Shown: one piece after another, positions 38,876 to 49,038 of the stretch
Position numbering within the stretch: position 1 is the stretch's first letter
Layout of the letters: each line of letters starts with the position of its first letter
DNA from: an uncultured Chloroflexia bacterium
GTDB lineage: Bacteria; Chloroflexota; Limnocylindria; Limnocylindrales; CSP1-4
Direction: 5' to 3'
Length of the DNA stretch: 64,000 nucleotides
NCBI GenBank assembly: GCA_963841135.1
Contig: CAWJBJ010000004.1
Location: forward strand, 277,306-341,305
Position numbers and translations under genes: made by a program
The notes under the pieces: generated by a model
The model's database searches: none
Told to the model about the DNA's origin: nothing
What the model saw: only the letters and a program-made list of their open reading frames with translations

Positions 38876-40068
38876 CCGGTCGCGCGTGCCGGTCGACCGT
38901 GGCGGGCCATCGTCTCGAGCAGCCGGTCGTGCGGAAGGGCGTGCGCCGTCACCCCGTCGCGCCCGACCATCGTCGTGGCGGCCACGAGGGCGTTGACGAT
39001 CGCCTCCTCGGTCGCCTCGATCGTGGCATCGAACAGCGGATCGATCGCGCGGTCCGCGACCATCCGGAGCGCGATGGTCGGATCGCCACGCTCGGCCGAT
39101 GGCGCGGGCAGCCCCCGGTTGCCGGTCGCCCAGGCCAGGAACAGATCACCCGAGTAGTTGCCGCCGGTGCTCCCCACCCGTGCCAGGCCGAGGCCGGCGC
39201 GCTGGGCGAGACGCGTGCATTGGTGCGGCAGCAGCGGCGCGTCGGTGGCGACCAGGATGATGATCGAGCCGGTCTCGCGACGTGCGCCGCCCGGACTCCC
39301 GAGCACCGCCGGCACGGCGGTCGCAGCCGCGCTGGCACGCGCCGCGTCGATCGCATCGGACTGGTCGTGGGCGGACGGCAGGTCGGACTTGGGGATCGCC
39401 TCGCCCACCGGCACGCCGTCGACGCGCAGCCACTCCCTCCGCCCGTAGTTGGCCTGGACCAGGACACCGACCGTCCAGCCGCCTTCCTCTGGCTCGATCA
39501 CGCGCGACGCCGTCCCGATGCCGCCCTTGAACTCGTGGCAGATCATCCCAGTGCCGCCGCCGACGCCGCCCTCCGCGACCGGGCCGCCCGTGGCGCTCGC
39601 GATCGCGGAGTGGACGTGTTCCGGTCGCACGTGGAACCCGTTGACGTCGTTCAGGCCGCCGTCCCAGGTCTCGCCCACCACCGGCAGCGACCAGAACGTC
39701 AGGCCGTCCGACACGGCGCCGATCGCCTCGGCGATGAGCGCGTCGTGAACCACCCCGACGCTGTGCGTGTTCGTCAGCCCGACGACGCCGCCGAGCTGCC
39801 CCGACTCGCGGATCCACTCGAGCCCGGTGAGCTCGCCGTTGCCATTCAATCGATGACAGCCCGCGAACACCGGCTCCGACCAAGGGTTGCCGTCGTGCGG
39901 GACGACGACCGTGACGCCGGTCCGCACCGGCCCGCGACCGACGTCGAGCTGGCCCTCTCCCTCGATGAGGGTCGTGTGCCCGACGCGGACGCCCGCGACG
40001 TCCGTGATGGCGTTGTGGACGCCCGGACGTCCGCGTCCGATGACGATGCCGAGATCGCGCGTGCGCAT
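38872..40068 (-). CDS. P1/S58 family peptidase (DmpA-like aminopeptidase)
   Basis: NAITDV.GVRVGH.T, NGNGE.TG, ETWDG.LND, GGGTGM, KGGIGTASR, GSIII.VATDAP, SGD.F. Confidence 0.92.
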   Translation of the reverse strand: MRTRDLGIVIGRGRPGVHNAITDVAGVRVGHTTLIEGEGQLDVGRGPVRTGVTVVVPHDGNPWSEPVFAGCHRLNGNGELTGLEWIRESGQLGGVVGLTNTHSVGVVHDALIAEAIGAVSDGLTFWSLPVVGETWDGGLNDVNGFHVRPEHVHSAIASATGGPVAEGGVGGGTGMICHEFKGGIGTASRVIEPEEGGWTVGVLVQANYGRREWLRVDGVPVGEAIPKSDLPSAHDQSDAIDAARASAAATAVPAVLGSPGGARRETGSIIILVATDAPLLPHQCTRLAQRAGLGLARVGSTGGNYSGDLFLAWATGNRGLPAPSAERGDPTIALRMVADRAIDPLFDATIEATEEAIVNALVAATTMVGRDGVTAHALPHDRLLETMARHGRPARATG

Positions 40069-40136
40069 CCGGGGATGCTAGCCGCGTTCCCGGCACCCGG
40101 CGGTGACGTTCCCGCCAGCGGCCGTATCATCCCGCC

Positions 40137-41599
40137 GTGATCCCCACGCCCCGTGACAAGGCCTCGCTCCGGCTCCGGCGGCTGCCCGACCGGCTCGCGG
40201 CGATGCGCGCCATCGACGTGGCCGAATCGTTCGTCGACCTGCCCGGTCTGGCCCTGCTCGAGAGCGCACGGCCCGGTCGCAATGCACGTTGGACCTACCT
40301 CACCGCGGACCCGATCGCGGTTCTGGAGGCGCCCGCCGCAGGGCACGACCCGTTCGCCGTCGCCCGCAGGCTCGTGGCGCGGCTGGACCGGACCGTCGTC
40401 GTGCCGGCCGACGCCCCGCGGTTCACCGGCGGGCTCGTGGGCTTCCTCGGCTACGACCTCGGGCACGCGCTGGAGCGCCTGCCCGGCGATCGCCGTCGAC
40501 GACCAGGGTCTCCCGCTGCTGCGACTCGCGCTGCACGACTGGGTCGTCGCCTGGGATCGGCGGACCGGTCATGCCTGGCTCGGCGGTCGCGCGCTCGACG
40601 GCGACTCGCGCCGGCTGGCACGCCGGCTCGATGACGTCCACGCCCGCCTGACCGATGGCGGGCGGAGGGCCGCTTCGGGCGCGAGCGCGAACGCAGGGTC
40701 CGGGCGCTCGGGTCTCGAGGGCAACGCGCCCCACGGCGCTCCGCTCGTCTTCCGCTCGCACGTGTCGCGCGCCCGGTACGAGGCCGGCGTCGAGGCGGTC
40801 CGCGAGCACATCGCGCGCGGCGACATCTACCAGGCCAACCTGACCCGGCGCCTCGAGACGCCGTTCGACGACGAGCCGTGGGAGTGGTACCGGCGCCTGC
40901 GGACCGGTGACCCCTCGCTCTTCTCGGCCTACCTGGACCTAGGTGCGAGCCAGCTGACCGGGCGCCCGCGAGCGCTCCTGTCCGCGTCGCCCGAGCCGTT
41001 CCTCGCCGTCGACGCCGCCGGGAACGTGGCGAGCGATCCGATCAAGGGCACCCGACCGCGCGGCCGCACCCGCCACGAGGACCGCGCGCTGGCCCGGGAG
41101 CTCCTGGAGAGCGCCAAGGACCGCGCCGAGAACGTGATGATCGTCGACGTCCTCCGAAACGACCTGGGTCGGGTCTGCCGTCCCGGCACGGTGCGCGTCC
41201 CTCGGCTGTGCCGTCTCGAGCGCACGGCAACGGTCCAGCACCTCGTCTCGACCGTGACCGGGCGCCTGATGCCCGGCCTGGACGCCTTCGACCTCCTTGC
41301 GGCCTCCTTCCCGGGAGGGTCGATCACCGGGCGCGCCGAAGATCCGCGCGATGGAGATCCTCGAGGGACTCGAGCCCGTCCGTCGTGGGCCGTACACGGG
41401 CGCCATCGGCTGGATCGGCCCCGATGGCGCGATGCAGACGAGCATCGCGATCCGGACGTTCGTCGCCGACGGTCGCCGGCTCACGCTGCACGTGGGGGGC
41501 GGGATCACGTATCGGAGCGACCCGGCGGCCGAGTGGGACGAGACCGTGGCGAAGGCGCGCGGCCCGCTGTCCGCCATCGGCGCGATCGAGGTGGCCTAA
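40137..41599 (+). CDS. pabB: Aminodeoxychorismate synthase component I (frameshifts near 40486 and 41331)
   Basis: LLES, GG.VGFLGYD, GDIYQANL, SASPE.F, PIKGTRPR, AENVMIVD..RND, FPGGSITG|APKIRAM, RG.Y.G.IG. Confidence 0.85.
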
Positions 41600-41603
41600 G
41601 CCG

Positions 41604-42515
41604 ATGGCCGCTCCCCGCCACGTCTGGGTCGATGGGCGGGTCCTGCCCGCTGACGTCCCGCACCTGTCGGTCTTCGACCGCGGATTCCAGCTCGGCGACG
41701 GGATCTTCGAGACGCTCCGCGCCCGGGGCGGGCGTCCCACCGAGCTGCCCGACCACGTCGCCCGGCTCCGGCGGTCCGCGGATGGCCTCGGCTTCGCCCT
41801 GCCTGCCGGGTTGGACGCCCTCGTCGCCGGCGGCGTCGCCGACCTCCTCGCCGCCGAAGGGCTCGATGGACAGGATGGCGATGCGTCGATCCGCATCACG
41901 GTCTCGCGCGGGCCGTTCCGGGGTCGTGGCCTCCTCCCGCCCGACGAGGATGTCGCGCCCACGATCGCGATCCAGGCCTGGCCCGTCGTGCCGCCCCCGG
42001 CCGATCACCTCGAACGTGGCCTCCACCTCGTCGCATCGGCCGTCCGGCGCGATCCGTCGAACCCCCTGGTCGCGCTCAAGACGACCTCGCGCGCCGACTA
42101 CGTGTTCGCGCGGCTCGAGGCCCGGCGCGCGGGCGCGGACGATGCGCTGTTCCTGACGATCGACGGTCACCTCTCGGAGGGAACGACCGCGAACATCTTC
42201 CTCGTCCGCCGGGGCCCGGACGGGAGCGAGGAGCTCGCGACCCCGTCGCTCGCCTGCGCGATCCTGCCGGGCACGACCCGGTCGTGGCTGCTCGGCTGGG
42301 CGGCGCGTGCCGGCCTCCGGCCCGTCGAAGGGAGCCTGACGGTCGGCGACCTCGCTGCAGCGGACGAGGCGTTCCTGTCATCGAGCGTCGCGGGCGTCCT
42401 GCCGGTGACGCGCTTCGCGGGCGCAGCGATCGGCAACGGCCGACCGGGCCCCTGGACGCAGCGCGCCCGCGCGGATCGCGAGGCGATGATCCGCGACGGG
42501 GACGGCGCCGGATGA
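41604..42515 (+). CDS. Class IV aminotransferase / aminodeoxychorismate lyase
   Basis: DRGF.LGDGIFET, H..RL, LKT, EGT.ANIF, LPGTTR, EAFL.SS. Confidence 0.9.
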   Translation: MAAPRHVWVDGRVLPADVPHLSVFDRGFQLGDGIFETLRARGGRPTELPDHVARLRRSADGLGFALPAGLDALVAGGVADLLAAEGLDGQDGDASIRITVSRGPFRGRGLLPPDEDVAPTIAIQAWPVVPPPADHLERGLHLVASAVRRDPSNPLVALKTTSRADYVFARLEARRAGADDALFLTIDGHLSEGTTANIFLVRRGPDGSEELATPSLACAILPGTTRSWLLGWAARAGLRPVEGSLTVGDLAAADEAFLSSSVAGVLPVTRFAGAAIGNGRPGPWTQRARADREAMIRDGDGAG

Positions 42516-42859
42516 CGCGGGAGGAGCTCATCACCCGGACGAGGCAGCTCGTCGACGAGGGGGAGCGCCTCCTCGCGGACCCGTCGATGGGCTCGCTCCG
42601 GGTCTGGTTGCAGCGCTCGGACGACCTGCTCGCGACGGCATGGGGGACGATGGACCGCTACCACCTCTCGTGGCTCATGGTCGGCAAGCCCAAGGACATC
42701 GTCCGCGGCCGTCCCATGACCCCCGACGAGGAGGCCGCGTACGTCCGCGAGGTCGCCGATCAGAAGACCGCGGCGCTTCGGATGAGCCTCGACGCCGTCG
42801 AACGCCAGGGCATGCCGTTCGCCGGCGAGACCGGCGGCGTCGGTCCCGGCCGAGCCTGA
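42512..42859 (+). CDS. Hypothetical helical protein (115 aa)
   Basis: ATGA overlap with the upstream gene; coding-like codon usage. Confidence 0.65.
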   Translation: MTREELITRTRQLVDEGERLLADPSMGSLRVWLQRSDDLLATAWGTMDRYHLSWLMVGKPKDIVRGRPMTPDEEAAYVREVADQKTAALRMSLDAVERQGMPFAGETGGVGPGRA

Positions 42860-42862
42860 CCG

Positions 42863-43366
42863 CTACAGGTCCCGGATGAACAGGACGCGGTCCTCACCCT
42901 CGCCGTCGTAGTCCGGGTAGGACACGGTCCCGTAGAGCGGTTGCGTGCCAGGGCCGTCGTCGGGCCGGAACCCCATGGCCGTGTGGAACCGGACCGAGAT
43001 CTGGTTGGCCGGCCACGTCACCGCGCTGACGCGTCGTGCGCCCCTCGCGCGCGCGTCCTCGAAGAATCGCTCGTACAGCGCCCGTCCGAGGCCGCGCTTT
43101 CGGTGGTTCGGGTTCGTGCCGATCATGTGGACATAGGCCTCGGCCGGCCGATCGGGGCTGACGAAGCCGACGAGGAAGCCGAGGAGCCGTCCCTCGCCGG
43201 ACTCCACGATCCACGACGAGCCGGCGAAGTGGGTGAACCACAGGCGCGGGAGCATGGCCCGCATCCGGCGCCCGGCCCACCACTCGTCAACGACCGCTAC
43301 GACGGCCGGGTGGTCCGCCTCGGCCGGTCGACGGAAGCGCCAGTCGTCGGATCCGCCGGCGGTCAC
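42863..43366 (-). CDS. GNAT family acetyltransferase
   Basis: WW.GR...LP.LWF.HF, GFL.GF, YVH.IG..P..R.RGLGR.LY, FH..MGF. Confidence 0.88.
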   Translation of the reverse strand: MTAGGSDDWRFRRPAEADHPAVVAVVDEWWAGRRMRAMLPRLWFTHFAGSSWIVESGEGRLLGFLVGFVSPDRPAEAYVHMIGTNPNHRKRGLGRALYERFFEDARARGARRVSAVTWPANQISVRFHTAMGFRPDDGPGTQPLYGTVSYPDYDGEGEDRVLFIRDL

Positions 43367-43908
43367 CGGGCCGCGATCCACGCGACGGCGCCGGCGATGA
43401 CCGCCTGGATCGGGACGAGCGGCCCGAACACCTCGCCCAGGTAGTCGACGAGCGGCAGGACGCCGCCCTCGGTGCGTCCATAGAGCCACAGGCCGAGCTG
43501 CCCGAGAGCGACGCCGCCCAGGGCGATGGCCAGCGCGAGCCACGCCCGGCGGCGGGCGTCGATCGTCGTCCCCGCGCCGAACCGCAGCGCGATGGCCGTT
43601 GCCCATCCCAGGATCGCGGCGACCGCGAGCAGGCCGCCGGTCAGCGTCAGCACGCCCCCGAGGATCGTGATCGCCACGGCCCCGACGACCTCGACGACCG
43701 CGACGATCGCCAGCCCGCGTCGTGGCGAGACCGGTCGCATCGTCGGGACCGCCCGGGCCTCCGCCGCCCGGTACCGATCCGACGGCGGCCGCGACAGCCG
43801 GCGTTCGCCCGGGTCCGCGTCGGTCGCCCCGGGACCCGCCGGGACTGGCTCGGTCGTGGCAGGATCGGCCCCGGTGGGCTCGACGATGGGCGATCCTGGG
43901 TCGGTCAT
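43363..43908 (-). CDS. Hypothetical membrane protein
   Basis: Disordered N-terminus and 4 TM; TACGAT 7 nt before ATG. Confidence 0.7.
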   Translation of the reverse strand: MTDPGSPIVEPTGADPATTEPVPAGPGATDADPGERRLSRPPSDRYRAAEARAVPTMRPVSPRRGLAIVAVVEVVGAVAITILGGVLTLTGGLLAVAAILGWATAIALRFGAGTTIDARRRAWLALAIALGGVALGQLGLWLYGRTEGGVLPLVDYLGEVFGPLVPIQAVIAGAVAWIAAR

Positions 43909-43978
43909 GGCCGCCATCGTAGCCACGCTCGGCGCTCCCCGTGGCGGGCGACCACGTCCGCACGCTAGACTCCGAGGC

Positions 43979-44461
43979 GTGCCGCATCCAAGTCTCGGTC
44001 TGCCCCCGCTCGACCTGACTGCCGGGTTCCCTGCCGCCGCCGAGCGGATCCGGGGCGCAAGGTCGCGACTGGCGACGCGGGCACTGGAGGTCGCGCTGAC
44101 CGGGAGCCGGGACATGCGCGAGCGCCACGACGAGGCCGGGCTGCGCCAGCTGTTGCTCGACGCGTCGTTGCTGGCCGATCGCCTCGCCGTCGCCGTCGCC
44201 TCGAACACCCCGGACATCGGTCGTGAGTACGCGGAGTGGACGGCGCCCGTCTACCGTCGTCGCCGCGTTCCCATGGACGACCTCATCGCGCTCTGCGACG
44301 GTCTCCGCCAGGCGCTGCCCGACATCCTCACGTCCGACGAGATGGTGCCGGTCGACGCGACGCTGGATGAGGCCATCCGGGTGTACCGCTGGCACCGGCG
44401 GCTGGCCGGCGACGCGCGCAAGCGCAATCGCCTCCTCCAGCTGCTGTACAAGGGCGGCTGA
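43979..44461 (+). CDS. Hypothetical protein with phycobiliprotein/globin-like helical pattern
   Basis: GTG 7 nt after TAGACT; LLLDASLL...EYAEW...YRRRRVP.DDL pattern. Confidence 0.65.
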   Translation: MPHPSLGLPPLDLTAGFPAAAERIRGARSRLATRALEVALTGSRDMRERHDEAGLRQLLLDASLLADRLAVAVASNTPDIGREYAEWTAPVYRRRRVPMDDLIALCDGLRQALPDILTSDEMVPVDATLDEAIRVYRWHRRLAGDARKRNRLLQLLYKGG

Positions 44462-44468
44462 TCGCTCG

Positions 44469-44807
44469 ATGACGATCAAATGGGTCCAGCAGGATCCGCT
44501 CGTGATGAACGGTGAGCCTTTCTGCTATGGCTCGCGCCTGACGATCCGACAGCTCCTCGAGATGCGCGCGAGCGGCTACGACCTGACCCAGATCAAGACC
44601 GACCACCCGGAGCTGCGCACGCTGGGGATCGCCGCGGCCTTCGTGTTCGCGGCCGCCCATCGCGAGCGGTACGCCGACTTCTTCGAGCCGGACGGGACCC
44701 TCGCGGGTCCCGGCTACACGCCCGCCGAGGCTGCCGGGCTGCCCGCCCAGTACCGCGTCCCGGGGATCGTGGTCAAGAGCGACGAGGTCGGCTCGCCCGT
44801 CTCCTGA
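44469..44807 (+). CDS. DUF433 domain protein
   Basis: DP.VM.GEP...GSRL.I..LL...GY...I..DHP.L...I.AA..FA. Confidence 0.78.
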   Translation: MTIKWVQQDPLVMNGEPFCYGSRLTIRQLLEMRASGYDLTQIKTDHPELRTLGIAAAFVFAAAHRERYADFFEPDGTLAGPGYTPAEAAGLPAQYRVPGIVVKSDEVGSPVS

Positions 44808-44882
44808 CCGGTCCTCGCGCCGTGCGCGTTTCGAGGGCGGTGCTACGCTCTGGGTCCACGTTCCTGGAGAACCCGCACCACG

Positions 44883-45236
44883 ATGACCGACACGACCACC
44901 GACGCAACCCCCGAAGCGGCGCCCGACGCCACGGCGGCGGAGGCCGCCTTCGACCCCGAGCGACGGGCGACCGAGCTCGCGATCCTCGACGCCCTGCGCG
45001 GCGTCGTCGACCCCGAGATCGGCATGAACGTCGTCGAGCTCGCTCTGATCAAGCAGATCCTGCTGGGGCCGGATTCGACCGAGATCAAGATGATCCTGAC
45101 CACCCCCTTCTGCCCGTATGCCGGGTCGATGATCGCGCAGGTCAAGGAGCAGGCCGAGACCGTCGTCGAGCACGACGTCAAGGTCACGCTGCTGGCCGAG
45201 CGCTGGGACCCGCGCGACGCGGGCCTGATGTGGTGA
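44883..45236 (+). CDS. DUF59 / SufT-like metal-sulfur cluster assembly factor
   Basis: ALRGVVDPEIGMNVVEL.LI, LTTPFCP, WDP. Confidence 0.9.
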   Translation: MTDTTTDATPEAAPDATAAEAAFDPERRATELAILDALRGVVDPEIGMNVVELALIKQILLGPDSTEIKMILTTPFCPYAGSMIAQVKEQAETVVEHDVKVTLLAERWDPRDAGLMW

Positions 45237-45356
45237 CCGCGCGCACCTGACGCTCGCCACGTCACCCTCGGCCCGCGCGGGCCGCGAGATACCTTCTGCT
45301 ACCGTTATGTGCACGGATCGGCCGTTCCAACCGACCCACAAGGAGCCAACGCACCC

Positions 45357-46070
45357 ATGAGCGAGAACCGCATCCCCAACCAGACCTACGCGTCCCCGTC
45401 GGCGCTTGGTGTCAAGCCGGATGTGCGGCTCCAGGCCGCCTTCCTCACCCATGCCTTCGTCTGGATGTTCGTCGGGCTGCTCGTGTCGGCCGTGGTGGCC
45501 TACGCCGCCATCGGCGATGCGACGCTCAGGGACTTCGCCAGGGACAACATCCTGATCCTGTTCATCGCGCAGCTGGCGCTCGTGTTCGTCATCTCCGGCG
45601 CGATCAACCGGCTGAGCGCGACGATCGCGCTCCTGTTGTTCTTCGTCTACGCCGCCTCGCTGGGCCTCGTCATCGGCCTGATCGTGTCGTCCTACACCCA
45701 GTCGTCGGTCGTGACGGCGTTCCTGAGCGCATCGGCGATGTTCGGCGCGGCCGCGCTCTACGGCGCCGTGACGAAGCGCTCGCTCGCCGGCCTCGGCGGG
45801 ATCCTGTTCATGGGGCTCATCGGCCTGTTCGTGGCGATGCTCCTCAACTTCTTCCTGCAGAGCAGCGCGATCTCGTTCGTCATCTCGCTCATCGGCGTCG
45901 TGCTCTTCACGGCCCTGACCGCGTATGACGTCCAGCGCATCCAGGCCGGAGACCTGGCCGCCCAGACCGGCTCCCTCGAGAAGGCGGCCGTCATCGGCGC
46001 GCTGCATCTCTACCTGGACTTCATCAACCTGTTCCTGTTCGTCCTCCGCCTCGTCGGGGGCCGGAACTAG
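45357..46070 (+). CDS. Bax inhibitor-1/YccA family membrane protein
   Basis: 7 TM; LTAYDVQ, GAL.LYLDFINLFL. Confidence 0.93.
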   Translation: MSENRIPNQTYASPSALGVKPDVRLQAAFLTHAFVWMFVGLLVSAVVAYAAIGDATLRDFARDNILILFIAQLALVFVISGAINRLSATIALLLFFVYAASLGLVIGLIVSSYTQSSVVTAFLSASAMFGAAALYGAVTKRSLAGLGGILFMGLIGLFVAMLLNFFLQSSAISFVISLIGVVLFTALTAYDVQRIQAGDLAAQTGSLEKAAVIGALHLYLDFINLFLFVLRLVGGRN

Positions 46071-46289
46071 ACCGTCGGTCCGGCCCCGCCGGACTTCGTT
46101 CGTGGCAGCGGAGCTCGCCACGTTCGAGCGCGAGGCGCAGGTCGTTCTCATCGGCCTCGCCGTGAGGTAATCCCGTGCCACCGAGTCCGGCCCCGAAGGC
46201 GAGGCGCTGGCAAGCGTGTCGGTGAGGCCATCCGTGGTCCGGTGCGGTCCCGTGCGGTCGGATCCGAGCCTCCGCCGCGCGTCCCGCCG

Positions 46290-47009
46290 TCAGTCGCGCA
46301 GGAGGTCCGCCACGTTCGCGAGCACCTCGTCCGCGAGGGGTGCCAGGTCGGACCGTGTGCCGACGCCCGTGAGCACCCCATAGCACTTGGCGACGCCGGC
46401 GGCGCGACCCATGCCCAGATCCGCCTCCGAGTCGCCGACCACGACGGTCCGTCCGGGCGCGGTCCCGAGCTGGCTGCACAGCTGGACGACCATGTCGCCC
46501 GCCGGCTTGACAGGCCAGCCGTCGTCCGCACAGGCGAGAGCATCCACGGACCCCGAGAGGCCAAGGGCCGCCAGGGTGCGCACCGTCGGCTCACGGTCGT
46601 CGGTCGTCGCGACCGCGATCAGGCGGCCAGTGGCATGTAACGCGTCGAACAGGGCGACCAGGTCCGTGACCGGCCGAGCCGTCGCCACCGGGTCGGGCGG
46701 GTGCCACGCCGCCTCGAGAGCCGGTCCGATCGCCGCGTCCGGGACCCCGGCGTCCCGCAGCACGCCCTCGGTGGCCTCCCGGATCCGGGCCATCGGCGTT
46801 GCGGCCAGACGCCCACCCCCGACGGCTCGCCGGGTCGCGTCGTCGTAGCCGAGCATGGCGTACAGCGGGAGCCGGATCGGCACGCCGGTCGCCGTCTCGA
46901 GGTCATCGGCCAACCGGACCGCCCAGCCGCTCCACATCGCGTGGAACTCGATGAGCGTGCCGTCCTTGTCGAAGATGACGAGATCGATGCCGTCGAGCGG
47001 ACGGATCAC
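46290..47009 (-). CDS. HAD family hydrolase
   Basis: IFDKDGTL, ATTD, KP, VGDS..D, GVLTG. Confidence 0.9.
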   Translation of the reverse strand: MIRPLDGIDLVIFDKDGTLIEFHAMWSGWAVRLADDLETATGVPIRLPLYAMLGYDDATRRAVGGGRLAATPMARIREATEGVLRDAGVPDAAIGPALEAAWHPPDPVATARPVTDLVALFDALHATGRLIAVATTDDREPTVRTLAALGLSGSVDALACADDGWPVKPAGDMVVQLCSQLGTAPGRTVVVGDSEADLGMGRAAGVAKCYGVLTGVGTRSDLAPLADEVLANVADLLRD

Positions 47010-48124
47010 ACCGCGGCGCCGGCCTCCGCTCCCGGGCGCGTCTCGGCCACGGTGCCGAGGACGAAGCACGCCTCGGCGGGGAAGGACACCGTCACGTCGG
47101 ACCCCACCGCCGGGAGAGCGAGGTGCGGCTCGTTGAACGTGTCCAGCGCGATCGACGTCGTCCCGTTCGATCCATCGGCGAGGCCCAGCCGGATCCGCAC
47201 GATCGATCCGAGGAAGTTGATGTCCTCGACCGTGCCCTGCAGCCGATTGTCGGTCTCGTCGCCTCGTCCCAGGTCGATGCCCTCGGGTCGGAGCGCGAGG
47301 GTCACGCGATCGCCCGAGCGCGCCTCGGTCACGGCCTTGGAGGTCCGGATCTCCTGGCCGGCGACCGACAGGCGGCCGGTGCTCGCGTCCACGACTCCCG
47401 CGTCGACGAGGTTGAGCGTGCCCACGAACGACGCCACGAACGACGTGCTCGGGAAGTTGTAGATCTCGAACGGCGTGCCGATCTGCTCGATCCGGCCCTC
47501 GCTCATCACGACGACGCGATCGGACAGCGAGAGCGCCTCCTCCTGGTCGTGCGTCACGTAGACCGTCGTGATGCCGAGCTGTCGCTGGATCGAGCGGATC
47601 TCCTTGCGCAGGGCGATGCGGATCTTGGCATCGAGCGCCGAGAGGGGTTCGTCGAGGAGCAGGACCTGCGGTTCGATGGCGAGGGCCCTTGCCAGAGCGA
47701 CGCGCTGCTGCTGGCCACCGGACAGCTGATATGGATAGCGGTTGCCACGCTCGGGAAGGTTGATGAGTTCGAGCAGTTCTCCGACCCGCTTGCTGATCTC
47801 GGCCTTGGGGCGCCCACGCACCTTCATGCCGAAGCCGATGTTGTCGGCCACGTTCAGATTTGGGAAGAGCGCGTACGACTGGAAGACCATCCCGACGTTG
47901 CGCTGGTTCGGCGGCTTCCGGGTGATCTCGACCCCGTCGACGGTGATCGAGCCTGCAGTGGGCTGTTCGAACCCCGCGATCATGCGCAACGTCGTCGTCT
48001 TGCCGCAGCCGGACGGACCGAGGAAGGACACGAATTCGCCGCGCTCGGCGGACAGATCGAAGGAATGGACCGCAGCGACATCGCCGAATCGCTTCTGCAC
48101 TCCCGACAGGACGAGGAACGTCAT
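47006..48124 (-). CDS. PotA-like ABC ATP-binding protein
   Basis: GPSGCGKTT, FQSYALFP, LSGGQQQR, LLDEP, C-terminal TOBE. Confidence 0.93.
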   Translation of the reverse strand: MTFLVLSGVQKRFGDVAAVHSFDLSAERGEFVSFLGPSGCGKTTTLRMIAGFEQPTAGSITVDGVEITRKPPNQRNVGMVFQSYALFPNLNVADNIGFGMKVRGRPKAEISKRVGELLELINLPERGNRYPYQLSGGQQQRVALARALAIEPQVLLLDEPLSALDAKIRIALRKEIRSIQRQLGITTVYVTHDQEEALSLSDRVVVMSEGRIEQIGTPFEIYNFPSTSFVASFVGTLNLVDAGVVDASTGRLSVAGQEIRTSKAVTEARSGDRVTLALRPEGIDLGRGDETDNRLQGTVEDINFLGSIVRIRLGLADGSNGTTSIALDTFNEPHLALPAVGSDVTVSFPAEACFVLGTVAETRPGAEAGAAV

Positions 48125-48144
48125 CGACTGCAGGCCTCCATGGT

Positions 48145-49038
48145 TCAGCGCGCCCCGCCGATCTGGATCCTGCTGCGCGACCCGCGACCGAGCATCGCGA
48201 TGGCGATCATCGCGAGCCAGGTCAGGCCGAAGCTGATCAGGGACACGGCGGCCGGCTCGTAGGTGCGGTTGGCGCCCAGATTCTGCAGGTATGGCCCGAA
48301 GGCGGGCCGGGCCAGGTACGAGGCCATCGTGAACTCCCCGATGACGATGGCCAGGCTGAGGAATGCGCCGGACAGCAGGGCGACGCGCAGGTTCGGCAGG
48401 ATGATCCGGACCAGGATCGTGAACCATCCGGCGCCGAGGCTCTGGGCGGCCTCGGTCAGCGTCCGGATGTCGATGGCTCGCAGGCCCGAGTCGACCGCTC
48501 GGTACATGTACGGCAGGGACAGGACGATGTAGGCGAAGACGAGCAGGGCGCTGCTGCCGATGTCCGTGTTCGTGAGCGGCAGCGGCGGCCGGCTGAAGGC
48601 CTTGATGAGGCCGAAGACGAGGACGACCGGCGGGATGACGAAGGGCAGGAGCGTGATGAACTCCACGACCGGCCGCAGTCGAGGCGCGCGGAGCCGGACC
48701 CAGTAGGCGGTCGGCACGATGAGCGCGATGCTGAGCACCACGGTGATCGCGCCGATGACGAACGAGTAGGCCAGGCTCGAGAAGAAGCGCGGGTCGGCGA
48801 AGGCGTTCGTGTATGCCGACAGGAACGGCTTCGAGCGCATCGAGACCTCGAACGTCGCGATCAGCGGGATCGTGAAGTAGAGGACCCCGATGATGAAGAC
48901 GATCCAGGCCCACGGCGCGCCCCACGACCGTCGCGGGCGCTCGGCCGTCGCGGCGGATGACCCGATGGTCTCGAGTGCCCCCTGGGCGCGGAGCCCGATG
49001 GCAGGTCCGGTGCTGCCGACGCCGCTGTTGCCCGTCAT
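48145..49038 (-). CDS. ABC permease (PotC-like)
   Basis: EAA loop EAAQSLGA; TM pattern. Confidence 0.9.
   Translation of the reverse strand: MTGNSGVGSTGPAIGLRAQGALETIGSSAATAERPRRSWGAPWAWIVFIIGVLYFTIPLIATFEVSMRSKPFLSAYTNAFADPRFFSSLAYSFVIGAITVVLSIALIVPTAYWVRLRAPRLRPVVEFITLLPFVIPPVVLVFGLIKAFSRPPLPLTNTDIGSSALLVFAYIVLSLPYMYRAVDSGLRAIDIRTLTEAAQSLGAGWFTILVRIILPNLRVALLSGAFLSLAIVIGEFTMASYLARPAFGPYLQNLGANRTYEPAAVSLISFGLTWLAMIAIAMLGRGSRSRIQIGGAR

Noticed and set aside
46095-46170. Pistol or hammerhead ribozyme
   Set aside because: Only superficial matches (CGTGG..CCACG; CGATGAG); the conserved cores and pseudoknot are absent.
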